Shown: positions 41,536-57,633, counted from the first letter of the stretch. The stretch is DNA of 64,000 bases from Paragordius varius (GCA_964247055.1 OZ176051.1:868001-932000); one strand, 5' to 3'. Numbers and translations are program-made. The notes: generated by a model from the letters alone, not told the origin.

Positions 41536-44500
41536 ATATTGGTCACCGGTGAACAAAATTATTTTTTATACATTCTCTTAGTAAGACTACATCAAAATAT
41601 AGAAATAGTTTGACAAATTCTTTCATATCCGATTTTTACAACGATACTTTAAAAATTAATGTATAAAACTAGTCGGATCAATACTCAAGCTAAACTTTGT
41701 TCTTAAAAATCGGATATTGGTCACCGGTGAACAAAACTATTTTTTATACATTCTCTTAGTAAGACTACATCAAAATATAGAGATAGTTTGACAAACTCTT
41801 TCATATCCGATTTTTACAACGATACTTTAAAAATTATGGTATTAAACCAGTCGCATCAATACTCAAGTTAAACTTTGTCCTTAAAAATCGAATATTGGTC
41901 ACCGGTGAACAAAACTATTTTTTATACATTCTCTTAGTAAGACTACATCAAAATATAGAGATAGTTTGGCAAACTGTTTCATATCCGATTTTTACAACGA
42001 TACTTTAAAAATTAATGTATAAAACTAGTCGCATCAATACTCAAGTTAAACTTTGTCCTTAAAAATCGAATATTGGTCACCGGTGAACAAAATAATTTTT
42101 TATACATTCTCTTAGGAGTACATCAAAATATAGAAATAGTTTGACAAACTCTTTCATATGCGATTTTTACAACGATGCTTTAAAAATTAATGTATTAAAC
42201 TAGTCGCATCAATACTCAAGCTAAACATTGTCCTTAAAAATCGGATATTGGTCACCGGTGAACAAAACTATTTTTTATACATTCTCTTAGTAAGACTACA
42301 TCAAAATATAGAGATAGTTTGACAAACTCTTTCATATCCGATTTTTACAACGATATTTAAAAATTAATATATAAAACTAGTCGTATCAATAAATCGCATA
42401 CATACTCAAGTTAAACTTTGTCCTTAAAAATCGGATATTGGTCACCGGTGAACAAAATTATTTTTTATACATTCTCTTAGTAAGACTACATCAAAATATA
42501 GAAATAGTTTGACAAATTCTTTCATATCCGATTTTTACAACGATACTTTAAAAATTAATGTATAAAACTAGTCGGATCAATACTCAAGCTAAACTTTGTT
42601 ATTAAAAATCGGATATTGGTCACCGGTGAACAAAATTATTTTTTTTACATTCTCTTAGTAAGACTACATCAAAATATAGAGATAGTTTGACAAACTCTTT
42701 CATATCCGATTTTTACAACGATACTTTAAAAATTATGGTATTAAACCAGTCGCATCAATACTCAAGTTAAACTTTGTCCTTAAAAATCGAATATTGGTCA
42801 CCGGTGAACAAAACTATTTTTTATACATTCTCTTAGTAAGACTACATCAAAATATAGAGATAGTTTGGCAAACTGTTTCATATCCGATTTTTACAACGAT
42901 ACTTTAAAAATTAATGTATAAAACTAGTCGCATCAATACTCAAGTTAAACTTTGTCCTTAAAAATCGGATATTGGTCACCGGTGAACAAAATAATTTTTT
43001 ATACATTCTCTTAGGAGTACATCAAAATATAGAAATAGTTTGACAAACTCTTTCATATGCGATTTTTACAACGATGCTTTAAAAATTAATGTATTAAACT
43101 AGTCGCATCAATACTCAAGCTAAACATTGTCCTTAAAAATCGGATATTGGTCACCGGTGAACAAAACTATTTTTTATACATTCTCTTAGTAAGACTACAT
43201 CAAAATATAGAGATAGTTTGACAAACTCTTTCATATCCGATTTTTACAACGATATTTAAAAATTAATATATAAAACTAGTCGTATCAATAAATCGCATAC
43301 ATACTCAAGTTAAACTTTGTCCTTAAAAATCGGATATTGGTCACCGGTGAACAAAATTATTTTTTATACATTCTCTTAGTAAGACTACATCAAAATATAG
43401 AAATAGTTTGACAAATTCTTTCATATCCGATTTTTACAACGATACTTTAAAAATTAATGTATAAAACTAGTCGGATCAATACTCAAGCTAAACTTTGTTC
43501 TTAAAAATCGGATATTGGTCACCGGTGAACAAAATTATTTTTTATACATTCTCTTAGTAAGACTACATCAAAATATAGAGATAGTTTGACAAACTCTTTC
43601 ATATCCGATTTTTACAACGATACTTTAAAAATTATGGTATTAAACCAGTCGCATCAATACTCAAGTTAAACTTTGTCCTTAAAAATCGAATATTGGTCAC
43701 CGGTGAACAAAACTATTTTTTATACATTCTCTTAGTAAGACTACATCAAAATATAGAGATAGTTTGGCAAACTGTTTCATATCCGATTTTTACAACGATA
43801 CTTTAAAAATTAATGTATAAAACTAGTCGCATCAATACTCAAGTTAAACTTTGTCCTTAAAAATCGAATATTGGTCACCGGTGAACAAAATAATTTTTTA
43901 TACATTCTCTTAGGAGTACATCAAAATATAGAAATAGTTTGACAAACTCTTTCATATGCGATTTTTACAACGATGCTTTAAAAATTAATGTATTAAACTA
44001 GTCGCATCAATACTCAAGCTAAACATTGTCCTTAAAAATCGGATATTGGTCACCGGTGAACAAAACTATTTTTTATACATTCTCTTAGTAAGACTACATC
44101 AAAATATAGAGATAGTTTGACAAACTCTTTCATATCCGATTTTTACAACGATATTTAAAAATTAATATATAAAACTAGTCGTATCAATAAATCGCATACA
44201 TACTCAAGTTAAACTTTGTCCTTAAAAATCGGATATTGGTCACCGGTGAACAAAATTATTTTTTATACATTCTCTTAGTAAGACTACATCAAAATATAGA
44301 AATAGTTTGACAAATTCTTTCATATCCGATTTTTACAACGATACTTTAAAAATTAATGTATAAAACTAGTCGGATCAATACTCAAGCTAAACTTTGTTAT
44401 TAAAAATCGGATATTGGTCACCGGTGAACAAAATTATTTTTTTTACATTCTCTTAGTAAGACTACATCAAAATATAGAGATAGTTTGACAAACTCTTTCA

Positions 44501-47500
44501 TATCCGATTTTTACAACGATACTTTAAAAATTATGGTATTAAACCAGTCGCATCAATACTCAAGTTAAACTTTGTCCTTAAAAATCGAATATTGGTCACC
44601 GGTGAACAAAACTATTTTTTATACATTCTCTTAGTAAGACTACATCAAAATATAGAGATAGTTTGGCAAACTGTTTCATATCCGATTTTTACAACGATAC
44701 TTTAAAAATTAATGTATAAAACTAGTCGCATCAATACTCAAGTTAAACTTTGTCCTTAAAAATCGGATATTGGTCACCGGTGAACAAAATAATTTTTTAT
44801 ACATTCTCTTAGGAGTACATCAAAATATAGAAATAGTTTGACAAACTCTTTCATATGCGATTTTTACAACGATGCTTTAAAAATTAATGTATTAAACTAG
44901 TCGCATCAATACTCAAGCTAAACATTGTCCTTAAAAATCGGATATTGGTCACCGGTGAACAAAACTATTTTTTATACATTCTCTTTGTAAGACTACATCA
45001 AAATATAGAGATAGTTTGACAAACTCTTTCATATCCGATTTTTACAACGATATTTAAAAATTAATATATAAAACTAGTCGTATCAATAAATCGCATACAT
45101 ACTCAAGTTAAACTTTGTCCTTAAAAATCGGATATTGGTCACCGGTGAACAAAATTATTTTTTATACATTCTCTTAGTAAGACTACATCAAAATATAGAA
45201 ATAGTTTGACAAATTCTTTCATATCCGATTTTTACAACGATACTTTAAAAATTAATGTATAAAACTAGTCGGATCAATACTCAAGCTAAACTTTGTTCTT
45301 AAAAATCGGATATTGGTCACCGGTGAACAAAATTATTTTTTATACATTCTCTTAGTAAGACTACATCAAAATATAGAGATAGTTTGACAAACTCTTTCAT
45401 ATCCGATTTTTACAACGATACTTTAAAAATTATGGTATTAAACCAGTCGCATCAATACTCAAGTTAAACTTTGTCCTTAAAAATCGAATATTGGTCACCG
45501 GTGAACAAAACTATTTTTTATACATTCTCTTAGTAAGACTACATCAAAATATAGAGATAGTTTGGCAAACTGTTTCATATCCGATTTTTACAACGATACT
45601 TTAAAAATTAATGTATAAAACTAGTCGCATCAATACTCAAGTTAAACTTTGTCCTTAAAAATCGAATATTGGTCACCGGTGAACAAAATAATTTTTTATA
45701 CATTCTCTTAGGAGTACATCAAAATATAGAAATAGTTTGACAAATTCTTTCATATGCGATTTTTACAACGATGCTTTAAAAATTAATGTATTAAACTAGT
45801 CGCATCAATACTCAAGCTAAACATTGTCCTTAAAAATCGGATATTGGTCACCGGTGAACAAAACTATTTTTTATACATTCTCTTAGTAAGACTACATCAA
45901 AATATAGAGATAGTTTGACAAACTCTTTCATATCCGATTTTTACAACGATATTTAAAAATTAATATATAAAACTAGTCGTATCAATAAATCGCATACATA
46001 CTCAAGTTAAACTTTGTCCTTAAAAATCGGATATTGGTCACCGGTGAACAAAATTATTTTTTATACATTCTCTTAGTAAGACTACATCAAAATATAGAAA
46101 TAGTTTGACAAATTCTTTCATATCCGATTTTTACAACGATACTTTAAAAATTAATGTATAAAACTAGTCGGATCAATACTCAAGCTAAACTTTGTTCTTA
46201 AAAATCGGATATTGGTCACCGGTGAACAAAATTATTTTTTATACATTCTCTTAGTAAGACTACATCAAAATATAGAGATAGTTTGACAAACTCTTTCATA
46301 TCCGATTTTTACAACGATACTTTAAAAATTATGGTATTAAACCAGTCGCATCAATACTCAAGTTAAACTTTGTCCTTAAAAATCGAATATTGGTCACCGG
46401 TGAACAAAACTATTTTTTATACATTCTCTTAGTAAGACTACATCAAAATATAGAGATAGTTTGGCAAACTGTTTCATATCCGATTTTTACAACGATACTT
46501 TAAAAATTAATGTATAAAACTAGTCGCATCAATACTCAAGTTAAACTTTGTCCTTAAAAATCGAATATTGGTCACCGGTGAACAAAATAATTTTTTATAC
46601 ATTCTCTTAGGAGTACTTCAAAATATCGAAATAGTTTGACAAACTCTTTCATATGCGATTTTTACAACGATGCTTTAAAAATTAATGTATTAAACTAGTC
46701 GCATCAATACTCAAGCTAAACATTGTCCTTAAAAATCGGATATTGGTCACCGGTGAACAAAACTATTTTTTATACATTCTCTTAGTAAGACTACATCAAA
46801 ATATAGAGATAGTTTGACAAACTCTTTCATATCCGATTTTTACAACGATACTTTAAAAATTATGGTATTAAACCAGTCGCATCAATACTCAAGTTAAACT
46901 TTGTCCTTAAAAATCGAATATTGGTCACCGGTGAACAAAACTATTTTTTATACATTCTCTTAGTAAGACTACATCAAAATATAGAGATAGTTTGGCAAAC
47001 TGTTTCATATCCGATTTTTACAACGATACTTTAAAAATTAATGTATAAAACTAGTCGCATCAATACTCAAGTTAAACTTTGTCCTTAAAAATCGAATATT
47101 GGTCACCGGTGAACAAAATAATTGTTTATACATTCTCTTAGGAGTACATCAAAATATAGAAATAGTTTGACAAACTCTTTCATATGCGATTTTTACAACG
47201 ATGCTTTAAAAATTAATGTATTAAACTAGTCGCATCAATACTCAAGCTAAACATTGTCCTTAAAAATCGGATATTGGTCACCGGTGAACAAAACTATTTT
47301 TTATACATTCTCTTAGTAAGACTACATCAAAATATAGAGATAGTTTGACAAACTCTTTCATATCCGATTTTTACAACGATATTTAAAAATTAATATATAA
47401 AACTAGTCGTATCAATAAATCGCATACATACTCAAGTTAAACTTTGTCCTTAAAAATCGGATATTGGTCACCGGTGAACAAAATTATTTTTTATACATTC

Positions 47501-48166
47501 TCTTAGTAAGACTACATCAAAATATAGAAATAGTTTGACAAATTCTTTCATATCCGATTTTTACAATACTTTAAAAATTAATGTATAAAACTAGTCGGAT
47601 CAATACTCAAGCTAAACTTTGTTCTTAAAAATCGGATATTGGTCACCGGTGAACAAAATTATTTTTTATACATTCTCTTAGTAAGACTACATCAAAATAT
47701 AGAGATAGTTTGACAAACTCTTTCATATCCGATTTTTACAACGATACTTTAAAAATTATGGTATTAAACCAGTCGCATCAATACTCAAGTTAAACTTTGT
47801 CCTTAAAAATCGAATATTGGTCACCGGTGAACAAAACTATTTTTTATACATTCTCTTAGTAAGACTACATCAAAATATAGAGATAGTTTGGCAAACTGTT
47901 TCATATCCGATTTTTACAACGATACTTTAAAAATTAATGTATAAAACTAGTCGCATCAATACTCAAGTTAAACTTTGTCCTTAAAAATCGAATATTGGTC
48001 ACCGGTGAACAAAATAATTTTTTATACATTCTCTTAGGAGTACTTCAAAATATCGAAATAGTTTGACAAACTCTTTCATATGCGATTTTTACAACGATGC
48101 TTTAAAAATTAATGTATTAAACTAGTCGCATCAATACTCAAGCTAAACATTGTCCTTAAAAATCGG
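40637..48166 (+). repeat. Homogeneous 899-bp 5-mer higher-order repeat: six complete units (40637-46030), then truncated and partial units
   Basis: The ACTGTTTC monomer starts at 40993, 41892, 42791, 43690, 44589, 45488, 46387 (each +899), then 46918 (+531) and 47814 (+896). Unit = 178+178+178+175+190. Confidence 0.95.
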
Positions 48167-49626
48167 ATATTGGTCACCGGTGAACAAAACTATTTTTTAT
48201 ACATTCTCTTAGTAAGACTACATCAAAATATAGAGATAGTTTGACAAACTCTTTCATATCCGATTTTTACAACGATACTTTAAAAATTAATGTATAAAAC
48301 TAGTCGTATCAATAAATCGCATCAATACTCAAGTTAAACTTTCTCCTTAAAAATCGGATATTGGTCACCGGTGAACAAAACTATTTTTTATACATTCTCT
48401 TAGTAAGACTACATCAAAATATAGAGATAGTTTGACAAACTCTTTCATATCCGATTTTTACAACGATATTTAAAAATTAATATATAAAACTAGTCGTATC
48501 AATAAATCGCATACACACTCAAGTTAAACTTTGTCCTTAAAAATCGGATATTGGTCAACCGGTGAACAAAATTATTTTTTATACATTCTCTTAGTAGGAC
48601 TACATCAAAATATAGAGATAGTTTGGCAAACTCTTTCATATCCGATTTTTACAACGATACTTTAAAAATTAATGTATAAAACTAGTCGCATCAATACTAA
48701 AGTTAAACTTTGTCCTTAAAAATCGGATATTGGTCACCGGTGAACAAAATTATTTTTTATACATTCTCTTAGTAAGACTACATCAAAATATAGAAATAGT
48801 TTGACAAATTCTTTCATATCCGATTTTTACAACGATACTTTAAAAATTATGGTATTAAACCAGTCGCATCAATACTCAAGTTAAACTTTGTCCTTAAAAA
48901 TCGAATATTGGTCACCGGTGAACAAAACTATTTTTTATACATTCTCTTAGTAAGACTACATCAAAATATAGAGATAGTTTGACAAACTCTTTCATATCCG
49001 ATTTTTACAACGATACTTTAAAAATTATGGTATTAAACCAGTCGCATCAATACTCAAGTTAAACTTTGTCCTTAAAAATCGAATATTGGTCACCGGTGAA
49101 CAAAACTATTTTTTATACATTCTCTTAGTAAGACTACATCAAAATATAGAGATAGTTTGGCAAACTGTTTCATATCCGATTTTTACAACGATACTTTAAA
49201 AATTAATGTATAAAACTAGTCGCATCAATACTCAAGTTAAACTTTGTCCTTAAAAATCGAATATTGGTCACCGGTGAACAAAATAATTTTTTATACATTC
49301 TCTTAGGAGTACATCAAAATATAGAAATAGTTTGACAAACTCTTTCATATGCGATTTTTACAACGATGCTTTAAAAATTAATGTATTAAACTAGTCGCAT
49401 CAATACTCAAGCTAAACATTGTCCTTAAAAATCGGATATTGGTCACCGGTGAACAAAACTATTTTTTATACATTCTCTTAGTAAGACTACATCAAAATAT
49501 AGAGATAGTTTGACAAACTCTTTCATATCCGATTATTACAACGATACTTTAAAAATTAATGTATAAAACTAGTCGTATCAATAAATCGCATCAATACTCA
49601 AGTTAAACTTTCTCCTTAAAAATCGG

Positions 49627-51288
49627 ATATTGGTCATTGGTGAACAAAACTATTTTTTATACATTCTCTTAGTAAGACTACATCAAAATATAGAGATAGT
49701 TTGACAAACTCTTTCATATCCGATTTTTACAACGATATTTAAAAATTAATATATAAAACTAGTCGTATCAATAAATCGCATACACACTCAAGTTAAACTT
49801 TGTCCTTAAAAATCGGATATTGGTCAACCGGTGAACAAAATTATTTTTTATACATTCTCTTAGTAGGACTACATCAAAATATAGAGATAGTTTGGCAAAC
49901 TCTTTCATATCCGATTTTTACAACGATACTTTAAAAATTAATGTATAAAACTAGTCGCATCAATACTAAAGTTAAACTTTGTCCTTAAAAATCGGATATT
50001 GGTCACCGGTGAACAAAATTATTTTTAATACATTCTCTTAGTAAGACTACATCAAAATATAGAAATAGTTTGACAAATTCTTTCATATCCGATTTTTACA
50101 ACGATACTTTAAAAATTATGGTATTAAACCAGTCGCATCAATACTCAAGTTAAACTTTGTCCTTAAAAATCGAATATTGGTCACCGGTGAACAAAACTAT
50201 TTTTTATACATTCTCTTAGTAAGACTACATCAAAATATAGAGATAGTTTGACAAACTCTTTCATATCCGATTTTTACAACGATATTTAAAAATTAATATA
50301 TAAAACTAGTCGTATCAATAAATCGCATACACACTCAAGTTAAACTTTGTCCTTAAAAATCGGATATTGGTCAACCGGTGAACAAAATTATTTTTATACA
50401 TTCTCTTAGTAAGACTACATCAAAATATAGAGATAATTTGACAAACTCTTTCATATCCGATTTTTACAACGATACTTTAAAAATAAATGTATAAAACTAG
50501 GCGTATCAATAAATAGCATCAATACTCAAGTTAAACTTTGTCCTTAAAAATCGGATATTGGTCACCGGTGAACAAAATTATTTTTTATACATTCTCTTAG
50601 TAGGACTACATCAAAATATAGAGATAGCTTGGCAAACTGTTTCATATCCGATTTTTACAACGATACTTTAAAAATTAATGTATAAAACTAGTCGCATCAA
50701 TACTCAAGTTAAACTTTGTCCTTAAAAATCGAATATTGGTCACCGGTGAACAAAATTATTTTTTATACATTCTTTTAGGAGTACATCAAAATATAGAAAT
50801 AGTTTGACAAACTCTTTCATATTCGATTTTTACAACGATACTTTAAAAATTAATGTATTAAACTAGTCGCATCAATACTCAAGCTAAACATTGTCCTTAA
50901 AAATCGGATATTGGTCACCGGTGAACAAAACTATTTTTTATACATTCTCTTAGTAAGACTACATCAAAATATAGAGATAGTTTGACAAACTCTTTTATAT
51001 CCGATTTTTACAACGATACTTTAAAAATTAATGTATAAAACTAGTCGTATCAATAAATCGCATCAATACTCAAGTTAAACTTTCTCCTTAAAAATCGGAT
51101 ATTGGTCACCGGTGAACAAAACTATTTTTTATACATTCTCTTAGTAAGACTACATCAAAATATAGAGATAGTTTGACAAACTCTTTCATATCCGATTTTT
51201 ACAACGATATTTAAAAATTAATATATAAAACTAGGCGTATCAATAAATCGCATCAATACTCAAGTTAAACTTTGTCCTTAAAAATCGG
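49627..51288 (+). repeat. Block duplicated at 56897-58559 (offset 7270/7271); its first part also repeats 48358-~49070 (offset 1269)
   Basis: TACTAAAGTT at 48695/49964/57234, AAATAGCATC at 50511/57782, plus shared GATAGCTTGG and ATTCGAT variants. Confidence 0.85.
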
Positions 51289-54200
51289 ATATTGGTCACC
51301 GGTGAACAAAATTATTTTTTATACATTCTCTTAGTAGGACTACATCAAAATATAGAGATAGTTTGGCAAACTCTTTCATATCCGATTTTTGCAACGATAC
51401 TTTAAAAATTAATGTATAAAACTAGTCGCATCAATACTCAAGTTAAACTTTGTCCTTAAAAATCGGATATTGGTCACCGGTGAACAAAATTATTTTATTT
51501 ACATTCTCTTAGTAAGACTACATCAAAATATAGAAATAGTTTGACAAACTCTTTCATATCCGATTTTTACAACGATACTTTAAAAATTAATGTATTAAAC
51601 TAGTCGCATCAATACTCAAGTTAAACTTTGTCCTTAAAAATCGGATATTGTTCACCGGTGAACAAAATTATTTTTTATACATTCTCTTAGCAAGACTACA
51701 TCAAAATGTAGAGATAGTTTGACAAATTCTTTCATATCCGATTTTTACAATGATACTTTGCAAATTAATGTATAAAACTAGTCGCATCAATACTCAAGTT
51801 AAACTTTGTCTATTAAAAATCGGATATTGGTCACCGGTGAACAAAATTATTTTTTATACATTCTCTTAGTAAGACTACATCAAAATATAGAAATAGTTTG
51901 ACAAACTCTTTCATATGCGATTTTTACAACGATACTTTAAAAATTAATGTATTAAACTAGTCGCATCAATACTCAAGTTAAACTTTGTCCTTAAAAATCG
52001 GATATTGGTCACCGGTGAACAAAGTTATTTTATTTACATTCTCTTAGTAAGACTACATCAAAATATAGAGATAGTTTGACAAACTCTTTTATATCCGATT
52101 TTTACAACGATACTTTAAAAATTAATGTATAAAACTAGGCGTATCAATAAATCGCATCAATACTCAAGTTAAACTTTGTCCTTAAAAATCGGATATTGGT
52201 CACCGGTGAACAAAATTATTTTTTATACATTCTCTTAGTAGGACTACATCAAAATATAGAGATAGTTTGGCAAACTCTTTCATATCCGATTTTTACAACG
52301 ATACTTTAAAAATTAATGTATAAAACTAGTCGCATCAATACTCAAGTTAAACTTTGTCTATTAAAAATCGGATATTGGTCACCGGTGAACAAAATTATTT
52401 TTTATACATTCTCTTAGTAAGACTACATCAAAATATAGAAATAGTTTGACAAATTCTTTCATATCCGATTTTTACAACGATACTTTAAAAATTAATGTAT
52501 TAAACTAGTCGCATCAATACTCAACTTAAACTTTGTCCTTGAAAATCGGATATTGGTCACCGGTGAACAAAATTATTTTTTATACATTCTCTTAGCAAGA
52601 CTACATCAAAATATAGAGATAGTTTGACAAACTTTTTCATATCCGATTTTACATCGATACTTTAAAAATTATGGTATTAAACCAGTCGCATCAATACTCA
52701 AGTTAAACATTGTCCTTAAAAATCGGATATTGGTCACCGGTGAACAAAACTATTTTTTATACATTCTCTTAGTAAGACTACATCGAAATATAGAGATAGT
52801 TTGACAAACTCTTTCATATCCGATTTTTACAACGATACTTTAAAAATTAATGTATAAAACTAGTCGTATCAATAAATCGCATCAATACTCAAGTTAAACT
52901 TTCTCCTTAAAAATCGGATATTGGTCACCGGTGAACAAAATTATTTTTTATACATTCTCTTAGTAGGACTACATCAAAATATAGAGATAGTTTGGCAAAC
53001 TCCTCATATCCGATTTTTACAACGATATTTAAAAATTAATGTATAAAACTAGTCGCATCAATACTCAAGTTAAACTTTGTCCTTAAAAATCGGATATTGG
53101 TCACCGGTGAACAAAATTATTTTTTATACATTCTCTTAGTAAGACTACATCAAAATATAGAGATAGTTTGACAAACTCTTTCATATCCGATTTTTACAAC
53201 GATATTTAAAAATTAATATATAAAACTAGTCGTATCAATAAATCGCATACACACTCAAGTTAAACTTTGTCCTTAAAAATCGGATATTGGTCAACCGGTG
53301 AACAAAATTATTTTTTATACATTCTCTTAGTAGGACTACATCAAAATATAGCAAATAGTTTGACAAATTCTTTCATATCCGATTTTTACAACGATACTTT
53401 AAAAATTAATGTTTTAAACTAGTCGCATCAATACTCAACTTAAACTTTGTCCTTAAAAATCGGATATTGGTCACCGGTGAACAAAATTATTTCTTATACA
53501 TTCTCTTAGCAAGACTACATCAAAATATAGAAATAGTTTGACAAATTCTTTCATATCCGATTTTTACAACGATACTGTAAAAATTAATGTATAAAACTAG
53601 TCGCATCAATACTCAAGTTAAACTTTGTCCTTAAAAATCGGATATTGGTCACCGGTGAACAAAATTATTTTATTTACATTCTCTTAGTAAGACTACATCA
53701 AAATATAGAGATAGTTTGACAAACTCTTTCATATCCGATTTTTACAACGATACTTTGTAAATTAATGTATAAAACAAGTCGCATCAATACTCAAGTTAAA
53801 CTTTGTCTATTAAAATCGGATATTGGTCACCGGTGAACAAAATTATTTTTTATACATTCTCTTAGTAAGACTACATCAAAATATAGAAATAGTTTGACAA
53901 ATTCTTTCATATCCGATTTTTACAACGATACTTTAAAAATTAATGTATTAAACTAGTGGCATCAATACTCAAGTTAAACTTTGTCCTTAAAAATCGGATA
54001 TTGGTCACCGGTGAACAAAACTATTTTTTATACATTCTCTTTGTAAGACTACATCGAAATATAGAAATAGTTTGACAAACTCTTTCATATCCGATTTTTA
54101 CAACGATACTTTAAAAATTAATGTATAAAACTAGTCGTATCAATAAATCGCATCAATACTCAAGTTAAACTTTCTCCTTAAAAATCGGATATTGGTCACC

Positions 54201-57200
54201 GGTGAACAAAATTATTTTTTATACATTCTCTTAGTAGGACTACATCAAAATATAGAGATAGTTTGGCAAACTCCTCATATCCGATTTTTACAACGATATT
54301 TAAAAATTAATGTATAAAACTAGTCGCATCAATACTCAAGTTAAACTTTGTCCTTAAAAATCGGATATTGGTCACCGGTGAACAAAATTATTTTTTATAC
54401 ATTCTCTTAGCAAGACTACATCAAAATATAGAGATAGTTTGACAAACTTTTTCATATCCGATTTTTACATCGATACTTTAAAAATTATGGTATTAAACCA
54501 GTCGCATCAATACTCAAGTTAAACATTGTCCTTTAAAATCGGATATTGGTCACCGGTGAACAAAATTATTTTTTATACATTCTCTTAGTAAGACTACATC
54601 AAAATATAGAAATAGTTTGACAAATTCTTTCATATCCGATTTTTACAACGATACTTTAAAAATTAATGTATTAAACTAGTGGCATCAATACTCAAGTTAA
54701 ACTTTGTCCTTAAAAATCGGATATTGTTCACCGGTGAACAAAATTATTTTTTATACATTCTCTTAGCAAGACTACATCAAAATATAGAGATAGTTTGACA
54801 AATTCTTTCATATCCGATTTTTACAACGATACTTTGTAAATTAATGTATAAAACTAGTCGCATCAATACTCAAGTTAAACTTTGTCTATTAAAAATCGGA
54901 TATTGGTCACCGGTGAACAAAATTATTTTTTATACATTCTCTTAGTAAGACTACATCAAAATATAGAAATAGTTTGACAAATTCTTTCATATCCGATTTT
55001 TACAACGATACTTTAAAAATTATGGTATTAAACCAGTCGCATCAATACTCAAGTTAAACATTGTCCTTTAAAATCGGATATTGGTCACCGGTGAACAAAA
55101 TTATTTTATTTACATTCTCTTAGTAAGACTACATCAAAATATAGAGATAGTTTGACAAACTCTTTTATATCCGATTTTTACAACGATACTTTAAAAATTA
55201 ATGTATAAAACTAGGCGTATCAATAAATCGCATCAATACTCAAGTTAAACTTTGTCCTTAAAAATCGGATATTGGTCACCGGTGAACAAAATTATTTTTT
55301 ATACATTCTCTTAGTAGGACTACATCAAAATATAGAGATAGTTTGGCAAACTCTTTCATATCCGATTTTTACAACGATACTTTAAAAATTAATGTATAAA
55401 ACTAGTCGCATCAATACTCAAGTTAAACTTTGTCTATTAAAAATCGGATATTGGTCACCGGTGAACAAAATTATTTTTTATACATTCTCTTAGTAAGACT
55501 ACATCAAAATATAGAAATAGTTTGACAAATTCTTTCATATCCGATTTTTACAACGATACTTTAAAAACTAATGTATTAAACTAGTCGCATCAATACTCAA
55601 CTTAAACTTTGTCCTTGAAAATCGGATATTGGTCACCGGTGAACAAAATTATTTTTTATACATTCTCTTAGCAAGACTACATCAAAATATAGAGATAGTT
55701 TGACAAACTTTTTCATATCCGATTTTTACATCGATACTTTAAAAATTATGGTATTAAACCAGTCGCATCAATACTCAAGTTAAACATTGTCCTTAAAAAT
55801 CGGATATTGGTCACCGGTGAACAAAACTATTTTTAATGCATTCTCTTAGTAAGACTACATCGAAATATAGAGATAGTTTGACAAACTCTTTCATATCCAA
55901 TTTTTACAACGATACTTTAAAAATTAATGTATAAAACTAGTCGTATCAATAAATCATATCAATACTCAAGTTAAACTTTCTCCTTAAAAATCGGATATTG
56001 GTCACCGGTGAACAAAATTATTTTTTATACATTCTCTTAGTAGGACTACATCAAAATATAGAGATAGTTTGGCAAACTCTTTCATATCCGATTTTTACAA
56101 CGATATTTAAAAATTAATGTATAAAACTAGTCGCATCAATACTCAAGTTAAACTTTGTCCTTAAAAATCGGATATTGGTCACCGGTGAACAAAATTATTT
56201 TTTATACATTCTCTTAGTAAGACTACATCAAAATATAGAGATAGTTTGACAAACTCTTTCATATCCGATTTTTACAACGATATTTAAAAATTAATATATA
56301 AAACTAGTCGTATCAATAAATCGCATACACACTCAAGTTAAACTTTGTCCTTAAAAATCGGATATTGGTCAACCGGTGAACAAAATTATTTTTTATACAT
56401 TCTCTTAGTAGGACTACATCAAAATATAGAGATAGTTTGGCAAACTCTTTCATATCCGATTTTTACAACGATACTTTAAAAATTAATGTATAAAACTTGT
56501 CGCATCAATACTCAAGTTAAACTTTGTCCTTAAAAATGGGATATTGGTCACCGGTGAACAAAATTATTTTTTATACATTCTCTTAGTAGGACTACATCAA
56601 AATATAGAAATAGTTTGACAAATTCTTTCATATCCGATTTTTACAACGATACTTTAAAAATTAATGTATAAAACTAGTCGCATCAATACTCAAGTTAAAC
56701 TTTGTCCTTAAAAATCGGATATTGGTCACCGGTGAACAAAATTATTTTATTTACATTCTCTTAGTAAGACTACATCAAAATATAGAAATAGTTTGACAAA
56801 CTCTTTCATATCCGATTTTTACAACGATACTTTAAAAATTTATGTATTAAACTAGTCGCATCAATACTCAAGTTAAACTTTCTCCTTAAAAATCGGATAT
56901 TGGTCACCGGTGAACAAAACTATTTTTTATACATTCTCTTAGTAAGACTACATCAAAATATAGAGATAGTTTGACAAACTCTTTCATATCCGATTTTTAC
57001 AACGATATTTAAAAATTAATATATAAAACTAGTCGTATCAATAAATCGCATACACACTCAAGTTAAACTTTGTCCTTAAAAATCGGATATTGGTCAACCT
57101 GTGAACAAAATTATTTTTTATACATTCTCTTAGTAGGACTACATCAAAATATAGAGATAGTTTGGCAAACTCTTTCATATCCGATTTTTACAACGATACT

Positions 57201-57633
57201 TTAAAAATTAATGTATAAAACTAGTCGCATCAATACTAAAGTTAAACTTTGTCCTTAAAAATTGGATATTGGTCACCGGTGAACAAAATTATTTTTTATA
57301 CATTCTCTTAGTAAGACTACATCAAAATATAGAAATAGTTTGACAAATTCTTTCATATCCGATTTTTACAACGATACTTTAAAAATTATGGTATTAAACC
57401 AGTCGCATCAATACTCAAGTTAAACTTTGTCCTTAAAAATCGAATATTGGTCACCGGTGAACAAAACTATTTTTTATACATTCTCTTAGTAAGACTACAT
57501 CAAAATATAGAGATAGTTTGACAAACTCTTTCATATCCGATTTTTACAACGATATTTAAAAATTAATATATAAAACTAGTCGTATCAATAAATCGCATAC
57601 ACACTCAAGTTAAACTTTGTCCTTAAAAATCGG

